Shown here: in pieces, positions 7,628-18,106 of the stretch
Numbering within the stretch: position 1 is the first letter of the stretch
Layout of the letters: the number at the start of each line of letters is the position of its first letter
Origin: Thecamonas trahens ATCC 50062
Lineage: Eukaryota > Protista > Apusomonadida
Direction: 5' to 3'
DNA: 64,000 nt
Assembly: GCF_000142905.1 (NCBI RefSeq)
Contig: NW_013657630.1
Span: 122,434-186,433, forward strand
The notes under the pieces: generated by a model
Seen by the model: only the letters and a program-made list of their open reading frames with translations
What the model was told of the DNA's origin: nothing
The model's database searches: none
Translations under genes and position numbers: made by a program

Positions 7628-10600
7628 CTAGCCGACAAGCGAGAGCACAAGCTCGCGCACAAACTCGACCTCGCATCGGACAGTGAGCTCCATCTGGACA
7701 GTCCGGGTTTGGTCGAGCTTGAGGCGGATGCGAACAAGAAGCGGGACCTGGCCGGCAAAGACGGCGGAGAGGAGGAGGGTGTGAGTGACGGCGTCGGGCT
7801 TGACGGCATTCGAGCGCTCGCAAACCTGCATTCCAAGCAAGTCGATGAGGGTGGAGACAGCCTCGGCGACTGAACCGAGCGAGCCGAGGGCAAAGAGCTC
7901 GAGTGACTGATGGTCGTCGGTAAACTTGTCCCAGGCGGCAGCAAAGTTGGGCACAAAGGTCTTCTGCATGTAGTCTGCGGGGGCAATGTCGACTTCGTCG
8001 ACCTCGTACTCGTCGTCTTCGCCCTCGTCGCCCTCCTCGGGCTCGCCAGACTCGGGGTCGACGTCAAGGACGCGGAACTTGAGGGTGCACGAAAAGGTGG
8101 CCGAGGGGAAGGCGGTCGCCTCCTTGCGAAGGACGACCCAGGCGGTGCCCGGGGCGCCATAGGCGATGGTGGGCGCGGCTACGACGCCGATGGGCTCGAG
8201 CCCGTCGTCACCGTCGGCAAACTCGACAACTGGCGTGACATCCTTGAGGCAGAACATGTCGAGGGTGTTGGTGACGTTGAACTGGAGGAGGACAGCCTGG
8301 GCGAACGAGTGCTTGACGACGTTGACCTGGTACTCGGTCTCGATCTCGGTCAGCTGGACCGGCGCCGACGAGGCGTACGGCGCGCCGAGCGGTGCAAGCT
8401 GCGGGACGGCGGCAATCATGGCGGCGTACATGGCGGCAGACGACGAGGCGGCCGGCGAGCCGGCGGCGGCGGCCGGGCTGGCTTCGGCGTGCGGCGCCTC
8501 GCCGGCGGCGGCGGCGCCACGGGCGGCCGGCGCCACTGGGTCAGGCTGGACGGTTGCGAGATTAAACGGGGTCCGCGACGGCTTGGCCTGATACTCGAGG
8601 AGGGCGGCCTCGAGGTTCTTGACGGGCAGCGGGCCGTCGTCGAGAACGAGGGCAACGTCCTCGGGCGAGGCGCCCGCCTCGAGGAGAGCGACATACATGG
8701 CGCAGCGGTCGCGGACCTCGTCGTCGGTGTCAAACATGCAGCGCTTGAGGAGCGTGGTAACGGCGTCCTTAAGCGGCTCGCAGAGGAGGCCAAAGCGAGC
8801 GAGGGTGGAGACGGCAGCGGCGCGGACGGGCGCCACCTCGAGAATGACGCGGTTGTAGATGAAGCGGATGAAGCGCGACGGGTTGGCCGTCCGCGGGCCG
8901 ACGGCGCCCATGAGGTGAAGAATGCGGATGGAGAGGATGGGAAAGTCGCAGTCCTCGATAAACTCGCACAGCTGCGAAAGGCCCGACTCTGCGGCGTCGG
9001 GGATCTGGTCGATGAGCAGCATGATGGTATCGACAATGGTCTTCTTGTACTCATAACCGCCCTCCGAGTCGCGGAGCGCAGCGGCGAGGAACGAAATCAT
9101 CATGTGGTGCTTCTTGGGGTAGCGGAGGCAGAGCGAGCGGATGGCGTCGACGACAACAACCTTGAACTCGTCGGGAATGTCGCCCATGAACTCGGACATC
9201 TGAGTCATCAGCCGCTCTACCGACGACTCGGAGCCGATCTTGAGCAGCGTGGTGATGGCAAGGGTGGCGACGGAGCGGTTCGAGTCCTTGACCAGCGTCT
9301 CGAGCTCGACCATGCACTGCGTGACCGAAACCGGGTGGGTCATGGCAACGGCGTTGAGCGTCCGCACCGCAGCGTACTTGTGCGACGACTTGGGCGAGCC
9401 AAGGAGGAGGTGCAGGACAGTGATGGCCGGCGTCAACTCGCGCGCGGTGATTGACGGAATGTTGCAAATCGCCCGTGCAGCCTCGTAGATGACCATCTCC
9501 GACTTGTGGCGGAGGCAGAGCTCGAGGTAGTCAAAGAGCGAGGTGTCGGGCACGCCCGATGGGTCGTCGGCAATGACGTGCGAGGCGAGCCGGATGAGGA
9601 GGCAGGTGGCGTACGGGCACCGCAGCGTCGACTGCTTGGTCAGCGTCTGCACAAGCCGCGTCACAGCCAGCCGGTCCTGCTGCTTGATCTTGTACAGCAG
9701 GCCGAGCGCGTGGTACTGCACCATCACCGCCCGCGACTTGAGCGCTTCGTTGACCTGCGAGACCCACCGCTTGACAATGTCCTTGTTCTCGCCCATCAGG
9801 TGCATGGCCGAGACGAGCGCAGCAGACGCCACATATGTGTTCTTGTCCACAATCGCCTGCATGATGTACCGCTCAATCTGCCCCAGCATCGACGGGTCAG
9901 TCACATTGCAGAGGACCCGGACCGAGTTGGCCTTGAGCATGGGCGAGTTTGAGTTGAGGTCCTTCATCACCACAGCTGTGATCATGATGACATCCTCAGC
10001 AGACTCGGCGAGCTCCTTGATGACCAGATACACCATCCGCCGAAGCTGAAGCGACGTTGCCTGAAACAGCTTAGAGGTGGCAAAGAAGACGTCAGTAGCC
10101 TCAGTCGTCGTCAGCGACTCTCCCTGGTGCAACAGGTACAGAATCTTGGTGAGGATGGGGATGCACTTGCCGGCCTTGATCGGCGACTTGTGAAACAGCC
10201 GCGCCTCCTGCAGCACCGTCGACTTGACCAAGTTGGCAAACGGGTTCACCCGCTCTGGACATTCAACATCCACCATTTAGCAGCATGAGTATAGGTGGAG
10301 GGTCTGGAGGGGGGGTGGGGAGGGAGGGGGGAGGGGGAGGGAGGGAGGGAGGGAGGGAGGGNNNNNNNNNNNNNNNNNNNNNNNNNNNNNNNNNNNNNNN
10401 NNNNNNNNNNNNNNNNNNNNNNNNNNNNNNNNNNNNNNNNNNNNNNNNNNNNNNNNNNNNNGGGGGGGGGCTAGTGGGGATACTGGAGGGATATGGGAGC
10501 GGGAAAAGAGTGTAGGGATGTAGAAGGGGTAGAGGTGGTGGAGGTGGGATGTATTTGCGCTGGATAGTTGCGTTGTGATTGGCTGTAGAGGTAGTGGGCT

Positions 10601-10807
10601 AGCTGGTGTCGGTGCGGGCAAAAAACAGACGGTCGCCACGTCGTCTGGCACATGGGGGGGGTGGCGCGCATGGGGGGGAGAGGGGAGGGGGGAGGGGGGA
10701 GGGGGGGGGAGGGAGGGAGGGAAGGGATGAGGAGAGGGAGGTGGGCATGGGGAAGAAGGGGGACAATCTGTGGTCGTACCGTCATCGTCCTTCTTGAACC
10801 CCGACAT
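7628..10807 (-). CDS. COPG: Coatomer subunit gamma (Sec21), 2 exons (10807..10780, 10254..7628)
   Basis: NPFANLVKSTVLQEARLF, LRRMVYLVIKEL, LCEFIEDC, FIYNRVILE, DTDDEVRDR, LTEIETEYQV. Micro-exon MSGFKKDDD joins in phase 1 through a GTACGA...CAG intron that spans an N-gap. Confidence 0.97.
10362..10461. other. Assembly gap (100 N) inside the COPG intron
   Basis: N run flanked by G-tracts. Confidence 1.
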
Positions 10808-11026
10808 GGAGACACAAGGCGAGCGCAGTGTCTGGCTCTGCAGCTCAGTGCTGCCGAGTGGCCAAGTACTGAGCGTAGCGAGTTGGAGGCTGGCAACGAT
10901 GAATGGTAGGAGACAATGATTAATCTCGCCATTCTTGACGATCATTCTGGGCAACAAGTCAACAGCATGTACACCAGCATGAGCCATCTGCACCAGCAGT
11001 CCTTTCACCTGCCTTGCACACGACTA

Positions 11027-11068
11027 GTCGAGGCCTTGGTCGAGCCCGTCATCGCCCAAGGCCTCGAC
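11027..11068. repeat. Inverted repeat/hairpin with perfect 13-bp arms GTCGAGGCCTTGG / CCAAGGCCTCGAC
   Basis: Arms at 11027-11039 and 11056-11068. The stem extends 3 more bp after one mismatch, leaving an 8-nt loop. Confidence 0.85.
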
Positions 11069-11070
11069 AA

Positions 11071-11147
11071 TCAATAATCGTTGGTCTCCATATCGTTGGT
11101 CTCAATAATCGTTGGTCTCAATAATCGTTGGTCTCAATAATCGTTGG
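11071..11147. repeat. Tandem repeat, about 5 x 16 bp (TCAATAATCGTTGGTC), in the COPG/FERM divergent promoter
   Basis: Three perfect copies, one 15-bp variant and one partial copy. AT-rich relative to the flanks. Confidence 0.92.
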
Positions 11148-11252
11148 CATTGGCAGCACCGAGACATCGCAACCAAAACCACCTCCCCCTCCCTACACCA
11201 GACAACACACTCGACTCCCCCCCTCACCCACCCACACGGCGAGAGGGAGAGC

Positions 11253-14057
11253 ATGCCTGTGGTAGTGTGCGAGGACGGCAAGCGAAGGCGGCTGGTGCAC
11301 AAGAAGCGATTGGTAAAGGGGAAGAAAAAGACGGTGACCAAGAAGAAGCGCCTGGTCCGTATTGTGGACGACGGGGCCTTGGGCGGCGCCGACTCGCTGG
11401 CTCAAAGGGAGGATCTGGCAGGTCGGACGAATGGGGCGATGGTGAGAAAGGTCAAATCGCAGGAGATGGCCACCTCTTCCATGACTCGCGCCATGTCACA
11501 TGACGAAAACGCTCTCGCATCGCAGCCGCTCGGCAACTCGCTCCAGCTGGTCCACTCGCAGCAGACCACATCGATGCCGACAACAGGCGCATCGAGTGCG
11601 ACGTCGTTTTCGGCGGTGGCTATGGCGGCAGCCGCGTTTCATCCTGGCAGTGCAGGCCGGAAGGGTGATGTGCTTGGCCAGGAACACGAGGAAGATCTGA
11701 CTCCCGAGGAGCGGATCCAGCGCCGGCTGGATGAACGGCAGCGGATGGCTATGACTAGACACTTGGATGAGCTGGAGCGCCGAAAGGCTCGCGAGGCGAT
11801 GCCGACCCAAGGCGCGCCGCGCAAGTGGATCATGGTCCATCTAGTCACCCCCGATGGCTCGGTCCAGCGGCGGGTCCAGCTCCACGAGCTGGTCAGCGGC
11901 GAGTTTCTTCTCAAGGGTTTTGCCGAGAAGCTCAAGCTCATTGAGTGGGAGCATTTTCAGCTGGCCAAGGTCATCGGCGGCGGCAACGCCTTTGCCCGCT
12001 ACCTCGACGCCGTCGAAGCGCGGCTGGTCATGCCCGACGCTGTCGACGAGGCATCTACCAGCCCGACGCCGCGAGCCCGCAAGTTTGCACCTGACGCAAG
12101 CAGCCAGGGTGGAGACCATGCGACTGCCATCCCGCAGCTCAAGCTGCAGTGGATTCACGACGAGGTCAAGGTGATGGAACAGGGAGTGAAGGAGGGCGAC
12201 GTGCTGGTGCTGATGGTCAAGCTCTACACCGCCGACGTCGCCGAGTGCACCTGCGTCCGGGCTGTCCAACTCTACTACGTCGACATTGCCATCAAGATCT
12301 TCTCGCACGTGTGGAAGGTGACGGCCGAACAGGCGTACAAGCTTGCGTCGTTCATGGTCCACATCCGGCTCGGCTCCTACTCTAAGGCTCGCGAGAAGGA
12401 CCGCAGCGCGCTCGCCAATTCGCTCGGCCACATCCTCCCAGCCAGCTTTATCCCGCGGTCGAAAAAGGCGCGCAAAGCCGTCACCCGCACCATCTTTCGC
12501 TACTACAAAGAGTACGCCGGCATGCGCCGGACGCTCGCCATGATCAACTTTTGCGAGTACGCCACGCTCGCTGCGGGCTATGGCTCCATCGTCTTTCACG
12601 TTCACCAGTCCTCGTCGGCGGCCGCCGCTGTCGGCTCCGCCGCGCCGTCATCAGCCGACTCGGGCGATGAGCTCAGCGACGGTGACGGCGCGATGGGCGC
12701 CCTTGTTGACGCCCGCCGCCGCGCTTCCGCGCCAGTCCGATCGCTCGCCATCCTCCCGCAAGGCCTAGCAGTGTACGACGCCGCGGCCTGGGACGCCGCA
12801 TCGGCAGACACTCTCCCGCTTCCGCTCGAGGTCCACACTTTTGAGTCCGACATCGACGCCTTTACCTACGATGCCGGCACCCTCGACGTCGTCCTCTCCT
12901 CCGGCCGCATCCTCTCGTTCGAGGCCGCAAAGGTGGGCGCTGACAACGACTCACTTGATGGGCATGATTTCGCCGAGCTCTCTGTCGAGCCAATGGCGCA
13001 CGCCCGCGAAGTCCTGGGAGGTTACCAACACTTTTTCTTCATCGGCAAGGTCTCGACGCCCGGCGCGTCGCACCGCCGGCGCACCGCCTTTTCGGTCGCC
13101 GTCAGCCTGCCTTCTGGCGAGCTCCGCGAGTCGATTGCTGTGACCCAGACAACAACCGGAGACAAAGTCTTTCGTGAGTATGCTGACCGGCTGCAGATCA
13201 CCCACCGCGCCGGCTTTGGCCTCTGTGAGTCGACGCTCGACAACGACCGCTGGCTCGACATGAACCGGCCGCTGGTCGACCAGTTTGTGACCAAGCGGAC
13301 CAAGCTGGTCTTCAAGATGCGGTACTTTTTCATCACCGATGCGTCCATCGCCGCCGAGGACGACGATCACGCCGTCATGGCCATCTTCCACCAAGTACGC
13401 CAGCTCATTCTCGACGGCTACTACCTGGTCACCGAGGAGGAGGCCATCGAGTTTGCCGCATTCTCGTGCTTTGTGGAGAACGGCGCCTATGACCGCTCCG
13501 CCCACGCCGTGAGCATGATCGTCGCCGACGGCCTCGGCACTTACATTCCGACCTGGCTGCGCCCAAAGCGCAAGGACCGCGAGTGGGCCACGATGGTCTT
13601 CTCCCGCTTCCGCAAGATGGGTGACGTCGGCTCGGACGTCGAAGCCCAAAAAGCGTACATCATCCGCGCCATGGACCTCACCACCTTTGGCATCACCTAC
13701 TTCAAGGTTCTCTCCGACGACGACCGCGACCTCTTGCTCGGCGTCGCGCCCGCAGGCATCGTCGTCTTCACCGCAACTCACTTTAAGAAGCTGCACGTCT
13801 TCTCCTACCGCGACCTCCGCATCGATGTCACGCCGGCCGCCGTCACCCTCACGGTGCTTGTCAAGGACGGCGAGGTCGACCCGCTCCTTGGCGCCGCCCC
13901 ATCGCACTGGGAGGACCACATCATGTACACCGAGACGCCGCTCGAGGCCAAGTCGATCCGCGAAATGGCCTCGACCTACCACCGCATTGCCTACGTGCGG
14001 GCACAAGTTCGCGCCCGCGAACGCGCCCGCGCCCTCGCCGTCAGCGGTGCCTTCTAG
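11253..14057 (+). CDS. Protein with two FERM (band 4.1) domains
   Basis: FERM1 at about 11830-13040 (WIMVHLVTPDGS...VLVLMVKLY...VTAEQAYKLAS...AGYGSIVFHV). FERM2 at about 13090-14000 (VAVSLPSGE...LVFKMRYF...IFHQVRQLILDGYY...EEAIEFAA...TFGITYFKV...LLLGVAPAGIVVF). First ATG at 11253. Confidence 0.9.
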   Translation: MPVVVCEDGKRRRLVHKKRLVKGKKKTVTKKKRLVRIVDDGALGGADSLAQREDLAGRTNGAMVRKVKSQEMATSSMTRAMSHDENALASQPLGNSLQLVHSQQTTSMPTTGASSATSFSAVAMAAAAFHPGSAGRKGDVLGQEHEEDLTPEERIQRRLDERQRMAMTRHLDELERRKAREAMPTQGAPRKWIMVHLVTPDGSVQRRVQLHELVSGEFLLKGFAEKLKLIEWEHFQLAKVIGGGNAFARYLDAVEARLVMPDAVDEASTSPTPRARKFAPDASSQGGDHATAIPQLKLQWIHDEVKVMEQGVKEGDVLVLMVKLYTADVAECTCVRAVQLYYVDIAIKIFSHVWKVTAEQAYKLASFMVHIRLGSYSKAREKDRSALANSLGHILPASFIPRSKKARKAVTRTIFRYYKEYAGMRRTLAMINFCEYATLAAGYGSIVFHVHQSSSAAAAVGSAAPSSADSGDELSDGDGAMGALVDARRRASAPVRSLAILPQGLAVYDAAAWDAASADTLPLPLEVHTFESDIDAFTYDAGTLDVVLSSGRILSFEAAKVGADNDSLDGHDFAELSVEPMAHAREVLGGYQHFFFIGKVSTPGASHRRRTAFSVAVSLPSGELRESIAVTQTTTGDKVFREYADRLQITHRAGFGLCESTLDNDRWLDMNRPLVDQFVTKRTKLVFKMRYFFITDASIAAEDDDHAVMAIFHQVRQLILDGYYLVTEEEAIEFAAFSCFVENGAYDRSAHAVSMIVADGLGTYIPTWLRPKRKDREWATMVFSRFRKMGDVGSDVEAQKAYIIRAMDLTTFGITYFKVLSDDDRDLLLGVAPAGIVVFTATHFKKLHVFSYRDLRIDVTPAAVTLTVLVKDGEVDPLLGAAPSHWEDHIMYTETPLEAKSIREMASTYHRIAYVRAQVRARERARALAVSGAF

Positions 14058-14073
14058 CTGCAAGCTGCCAGCC

Positions 14074-17000
14074 TCAGCTGCTGGACCAGTCGTCGTCTGT
14101 CGTCTCGGTTGTGTCGGTGTGAAAGTCCGAGGTAAAGTGGCCCGAGGTGATGGTCGTGTCGAGGTCGGCGAGCGCAGTGCGGATGTGCGCTGGGAGCGGC
14201 GAAGACGGCGTCATCGGCGAGAGCGTCGGGTCGGGCCGCGGAACCCGGAGCGAGCGCGGGGTCATCATGCCCTCGGTGCTCCGGCTCGAGCTCTCGTCGT
14301 CGTCGGAGTGGCTCTCGTCTGGCCGCGGACGCCGCCGCCGCCGCATCCGACGCCGCGGCGGGATGGCGAGCGGCGCCGTCGGCGACCTGGCGACATCGCT
14401 CTCGGCCGCCGCCGCTGCCGCCAGCTCATCCAGCTCACCCGACTCGCTGCACGACTCGTCGCTCTCGAGAACAAGCGGCCGCGAAAGCGCAACAAGTGCG
14501 GTGATGTTGTCAGTCGAGTTGGCGCGGTAAGCCTTGTCACGGAGCTCAAGCGCAAGCTCGAGTGCCGACTTGAGCGCGGCTGACGGCGCGCGGACAACTG
14601 CCGCCGCCGAAACGTCGTCGATGACGTCCCACACTCCGTCCGAGCCCATGATGAGAGCCTCGACGTGCAGCGAGGGAACCGAGACGACGTGCGGCTCGGT
14701 GCAAATAGTGGATACGTTGAGCGAGTCGCCGAGCGACCGCGCGAGGTTGATTGAGTCGTTGACGTAGCCGTCGGGTGTGACAAAGCCGCCGGCGGCCCTG
14801 ATACGATCGTACTCGTCGTACGGCAGCTTGCCGACGTTGTGGTCGATGCTGAGTCGGACAACCCGCGGGTCGCGGACCATTCGTGAAGCGTGGGTCGGGC
14901 GGTGGAACTTGTCCAGCGTCCCGTACGACTCCTTGAACGACGACGCGGCGTAGTCGGGCGTGTCGTCAGAGAGGACAGCAACGGCGCGCGAGTCGCCGAC
15001 GTTGCCAAGAATGATGCGGTCCGAGGCCCAGAGAGCAACTACCGCGGCAGCGCCGTCGCGCATGTCCGAAAGCGCCTCGACAGCGTCGCCAAACGCAAGG
15101 CGCATTGCCTCTTCCTCAGACACCGCAGCCTCGCGAAGGCGCGCCGCAAGGATGCGATGAAAGTTTGAGCCGAGCCAGACCGCCGTCAGCCGGCCACCGT
15201 GGCCATCAAACACGCCGAGGTACGAGTACACGCTCCCGCGCTCGGGAACCTCGAGCAGCTCGATGTGGCACACATCTTCCATGTACGGTCGATCGCCGAC
15301 CATGTCAGCGATGCCCACGTCAGAGCAAACACCGCGGGCCGACGGTGAGCCGTCTTCAGGTGGAGGAAGCACAACAGCGTGCGAGTGTGAGAGGAACGCC
15401 GCCCGCCATGCCGGGAGCTCACCGACCGACATTCGCCGCGAGAGCTCCAGCCGCGGGCATCCGTCAACGCAGAGTGAGACGGTGGAGCCACGGAGCATGG
15501 TCGCGACTCGTGGGTGGATGACTGAGAGGTGCGGACAGAATCGGGCTGCAACATGTTGCACGCGCTTGATCTCTGCCAGCGCGTCCGGCAGAATCCTCAG
15601 CGGGTTCCCGGACAAGTTGAGCTCGCGGAGCATGTGGAGGCGGGTGAGTGAGCCGTCAATCTTGGTGATGGCATTGTTGGAGAGCTCAAGCACTTCGAGG
15701 GAAAGGCAGTCGTAGAGCGGCCGCGGAATGGCATCAAGCGAATTAGACGAAGCCCGGAAGACCTTGAGCTCCGGCAGGCCGCCGGCGGCCCAGGCTGGCA
15801 GCGTCGTGAGCGCATTGCCCGAGATAGCGAGCGTAATAAGGTTTGGCAGCTCCGGCAGGTCGTGAGCGCTGGCCGGTGCGTCCGGGAGCGCCGTCAGACG
15901 ATTGTAGTCGAGTGAAAGCCGCTCGAGCGTGTCCGAGCAGAAGAGCTCGATCGGGAGGCCGGCGTCGTTGAGGTTGTTGAACGAAGCGATGACTGCGGTG
16001 AGCGACGGGAGCGAGCCGAGGCAGGCCGGCAAGGCGGTGAGTGCGTTGTGTGAGACGTTGAGGTACTCGAGCGTGTGCAGGTGGTGGAGCTGTGACGGGA
16101 GGGTGGTGAGCGCGTTACGGGTGAGGTCAAGAACGCGGAGCGCGGCCCAGTGCGAGAGGCGCGGCAGGCCTGAGAGCTCCAGCCGCTCGAGGCCGCAGCG
16201 TGCCATTGAAAGCTGGGTAAACGGCAGGGCCTTGTTGGCGCGGCGCCGACGGCGGCGCGGGCGGCGGTTGGGGTGGCTGGAGCGAGCAACCTTGCCAGCC
16301 GCGTTGAGGTTGGGCATCGAAGTCTTCCGCGAGAGGCCGGTGTATGTGTACGCCGACTTGGTGGTGGTGTGTGAGGTGGCGGCAATGGGTGGCGAGTCTG
16401 GCTCGTCGGTAAAGCCGCCGGTGCGGGCCGAGATTGACGACGCGCGCTGACGGCCGGAGGAGGCCGTGCCTGGGTTGCGCGACCCGTGTTTGGATGAGCC
16501 TGCAGGCGCAAAGTCGACTTCGTTGGGCGATGCCGCGGTTGGAGTCAAGCCCTGCAGCGCCGATGACGTGGTCGAGAGCGAGAGGTTGCGGGCCGAGGCC
16601 GAGTGGGCAAACGGCGAGCTCCCGGACGAGGCGTGTGGGCCGTTTGTGGGAGGCGAGTCCGACGGGCGGTGCTTGCGCGGCGTCCTCGACCGACCGTCGG
16701 TGGGATCCTCTTTGGCAAGCGAAGCTACGCCACCCTTGAGCGGGTTGCCGGCAAGTGTGACGACGGTGAGCAGCGGCGCGGCACCCAGCGTGCGCGGCGG
16801 CTGATCCAGAAAGTTGAGGTCGAGCCGGAGCTCGAGGAGGGTGGCAAACACACCGAGGTCAACGTCAAACTCGGTGAGGCGGTTCCGCGAGAGAACCAGG
16901 ACAGCGAGCGAGCCGCCGACAGCCTCCAGGTCATCGGGGACGGCAACAATCTCGTTGGCTTCAAGGCGGAGCGTGTGCAGCGAGCGCATGGTCCCAATCC

Positions 17001-17565
17001 ATCCACCGGGCAGTACCTCGAGGTGGTTGTGCCCGAGGTTGAGGACCTGGAGCTCCGGCAGCGGCTGCGCCAGGTCGGGCAAAGCGCGAATGCTGTTGTG
17101 CGAGAGGTCAAGGATTTTGAGGGTGTGCGACCACGAGGTCGAGAGCGAGCTTGACGAGCGGGTCTGCAGAAAGCCGACCTGAGTCAGCCTGTTCGAGCCC
17201 ATGAGCAGCTCGACGAGCGCCGGAAAGACAATCTCGAGCGTGCCAACCCCGACAGCGGCCAGCTTGTTGCGGGTTAGGTTAAGGTGAGTGAGCGCGGTAT
17301 GGGCGGCAAAGTCGGCGGGCGGTGGGAGGACCATGGCTACATCGTTGTGCTGTAGATCCAGCGAGACGAGCGACGAGGCGGCCGCCACAAGCTCCCACGG
17401 AAAGACGCCCAGCCTGTTCCGCGCCACGTTTGCCGACGTCAGGCTTGCGGTCAGATTAGACTTGCGCACCGCCTTGCGCGGCAGCGTTTCCAGATTGAGC
17501 GCCGCGAGATCCAGATGCAGCGTTTCGGCCGCCCGAGACAGCGCGTCCGAGTGTGAGTTTCCCAT
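14074..17565 (-). CDS. Leucine-rich-repeat PP2C/PPM phosphatase (PHLPP/Cyr1-like LRR-PP2C) with an N-myristoylation motif
   Basis: MGNSHS N-terminus and two LRR blocks (LxxLxLxxNxL). Intact PP2C motifs: RPYMED, FDGHGG, GNVGDSRAV, LARSLGD, GSDGVWD, DNIT. Confidence 0.93.
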   Translation of the reverse strand: MGNSHSDALSRAAETLHLDLAALNLETLPRKAVRKSNLTASLTSANVARNRLGVFPWELVAAASSLVSLDLQHNDVAMVLPPPADFAAHTALTHLNLTRNKLAAVGVGTLEIVFPALVELLMGSNRLTQVGFLQTRSSSSLSTSWSHTLKILDLSHNSIRALPDLAQPLPELQVLNLGHNHLEVLPGGWIGTMRSLHTLRLEANEIVAVPDDLEAVGGSLAVLVLSRNRLTEFDVDLGVFATLLELRLDLNFLDQPPRTLGAAPLLTVVTLAGNPLKGGVASLAKEDPTDGRSRTPRKHRPSDSPPTNGPHASSGSSPFAHSASARNLSLSTTSSALQGLTPTAASPNEVDFAPAGSSKHGSRNPGTASSGRQRASSISARTGGFTDEPDSPPIAATSHTTTKSAYTYTGLSRKTSMPNLNAAGKVARSSHPNRRPRRRRRRANKALPFTQLSMARCGLERLELSGLPRLSHWAALRVLDLTRNALTTLPSQLHHLHTLEYLNVSHNALTALPACLGSLPSLTAVIASFNNLNDAGLPIELFCSDTLERLSLDYNRLTALPDAPASAHDLPELPNLITLAISGNALTTLPAWAAGGLPELKVFRASSNSLDAIPRPLYDCLSLEVLELSNNAITKIDGSLTRLHMLRELNLSGNPLRILPDALAEIKRVQHVAARFCPHLSVIHPRVATMLRGSTVSLCVDGCPRLELSRRMSVGELPAWRAAFLSHSHAVVLPPPEDGSPSARGVCSDVGIADMVGDRPYMEDVCHIELLEVPERGSVYSYLGVFDGHGGRLTAVWLGSNFHRILAARLREAAVSEEEAMRLAFGDAVEALSDMRDGAAAVVALWASDRIILGNVGDSRAVAVLSDDTPDYAASSFKESYGTLDKFHRPTHASRMVRDPRVVRLSIDHNVGKLPYDEYDRIRAAGGFVTPDGYVNDSINLARSLGDSLNVSTICTEPHVVSVPSLHVEALIMGSDGVWDVIDDVSAAAVVRAPSAALKSALELALELRDKAYRANSTDNITALVALSRPLVLESDESCSESGELDELAAAAAAESDVARSPTAPLAIPPRRRMRRRRRPRPDESHSDDDESSSRSTEGMMTPRSLRVPRPDPTLSPMTPSSPLPAHIRTALADLDTTITSGHFTSDFHTDTTETTDDDWSSS

Positions 17566-18106
17566 GTTGGCGCGAGAGTATGAACGTGATCACGATCGCA
17601 GTGTAATCAGCGGTGCGTAATGACGACAGTTGGAGTGTCCGCCTCACAAAGGGAGAAACCACCAGAGATGGTACGAGTGCGGAGTGGCAGCAATTGATGG
17701 ACAGTGTCGATCAGAGCAGGAGCGGGACCAGTCGAGTCGAAGGGGAGCGAGAGCAAGAGCGAGAGAAAGCGATGGTGCAAGGTGGGTGCGGCGACGACAG
17801 ATAGTGATGGCGATAACGGCAGCAGCCGAGAATGCGGGTGCGAGCGAGCACGCGCGCGAGAGAAAGAGAGAGAGAGAGGTAGAGCGAGTGGAGGAGGCAC
17901 GCAGGTATCAGCTTTGAGCAGATTAGAGGTGACAGCCTAAGATAGCGCAGCAATGACCACAACCGATACACAGATATGTGCAAAGAAGGACAGTTGCGGG
18001 GGGGCGGCGGGCGGGCGGTATGAGGTCAGTCTGTGTAGACAGGGGGGAGGGGGGCGTGCGCGTAACGGGGAGTGGTGGTGGAGTGACAACAAGTGAGCCG
18101 TGAACA

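Noticed and set aside
7910-9454. Long antisense or alternate-frame ORFs (514 aa here; also 12951..14063, 28792..30246, 35797..37185, 60983..62698)
   Set aside because: Shadow ORFs expected from high GC3 codon bias overlapping well-supported genes; they carry no motifs.
11071-11147. Possible CRISPR array
   Set aside because: The repeats are contiguous with no unique spacers, there are no cas genes, and the context is eukaryotic.
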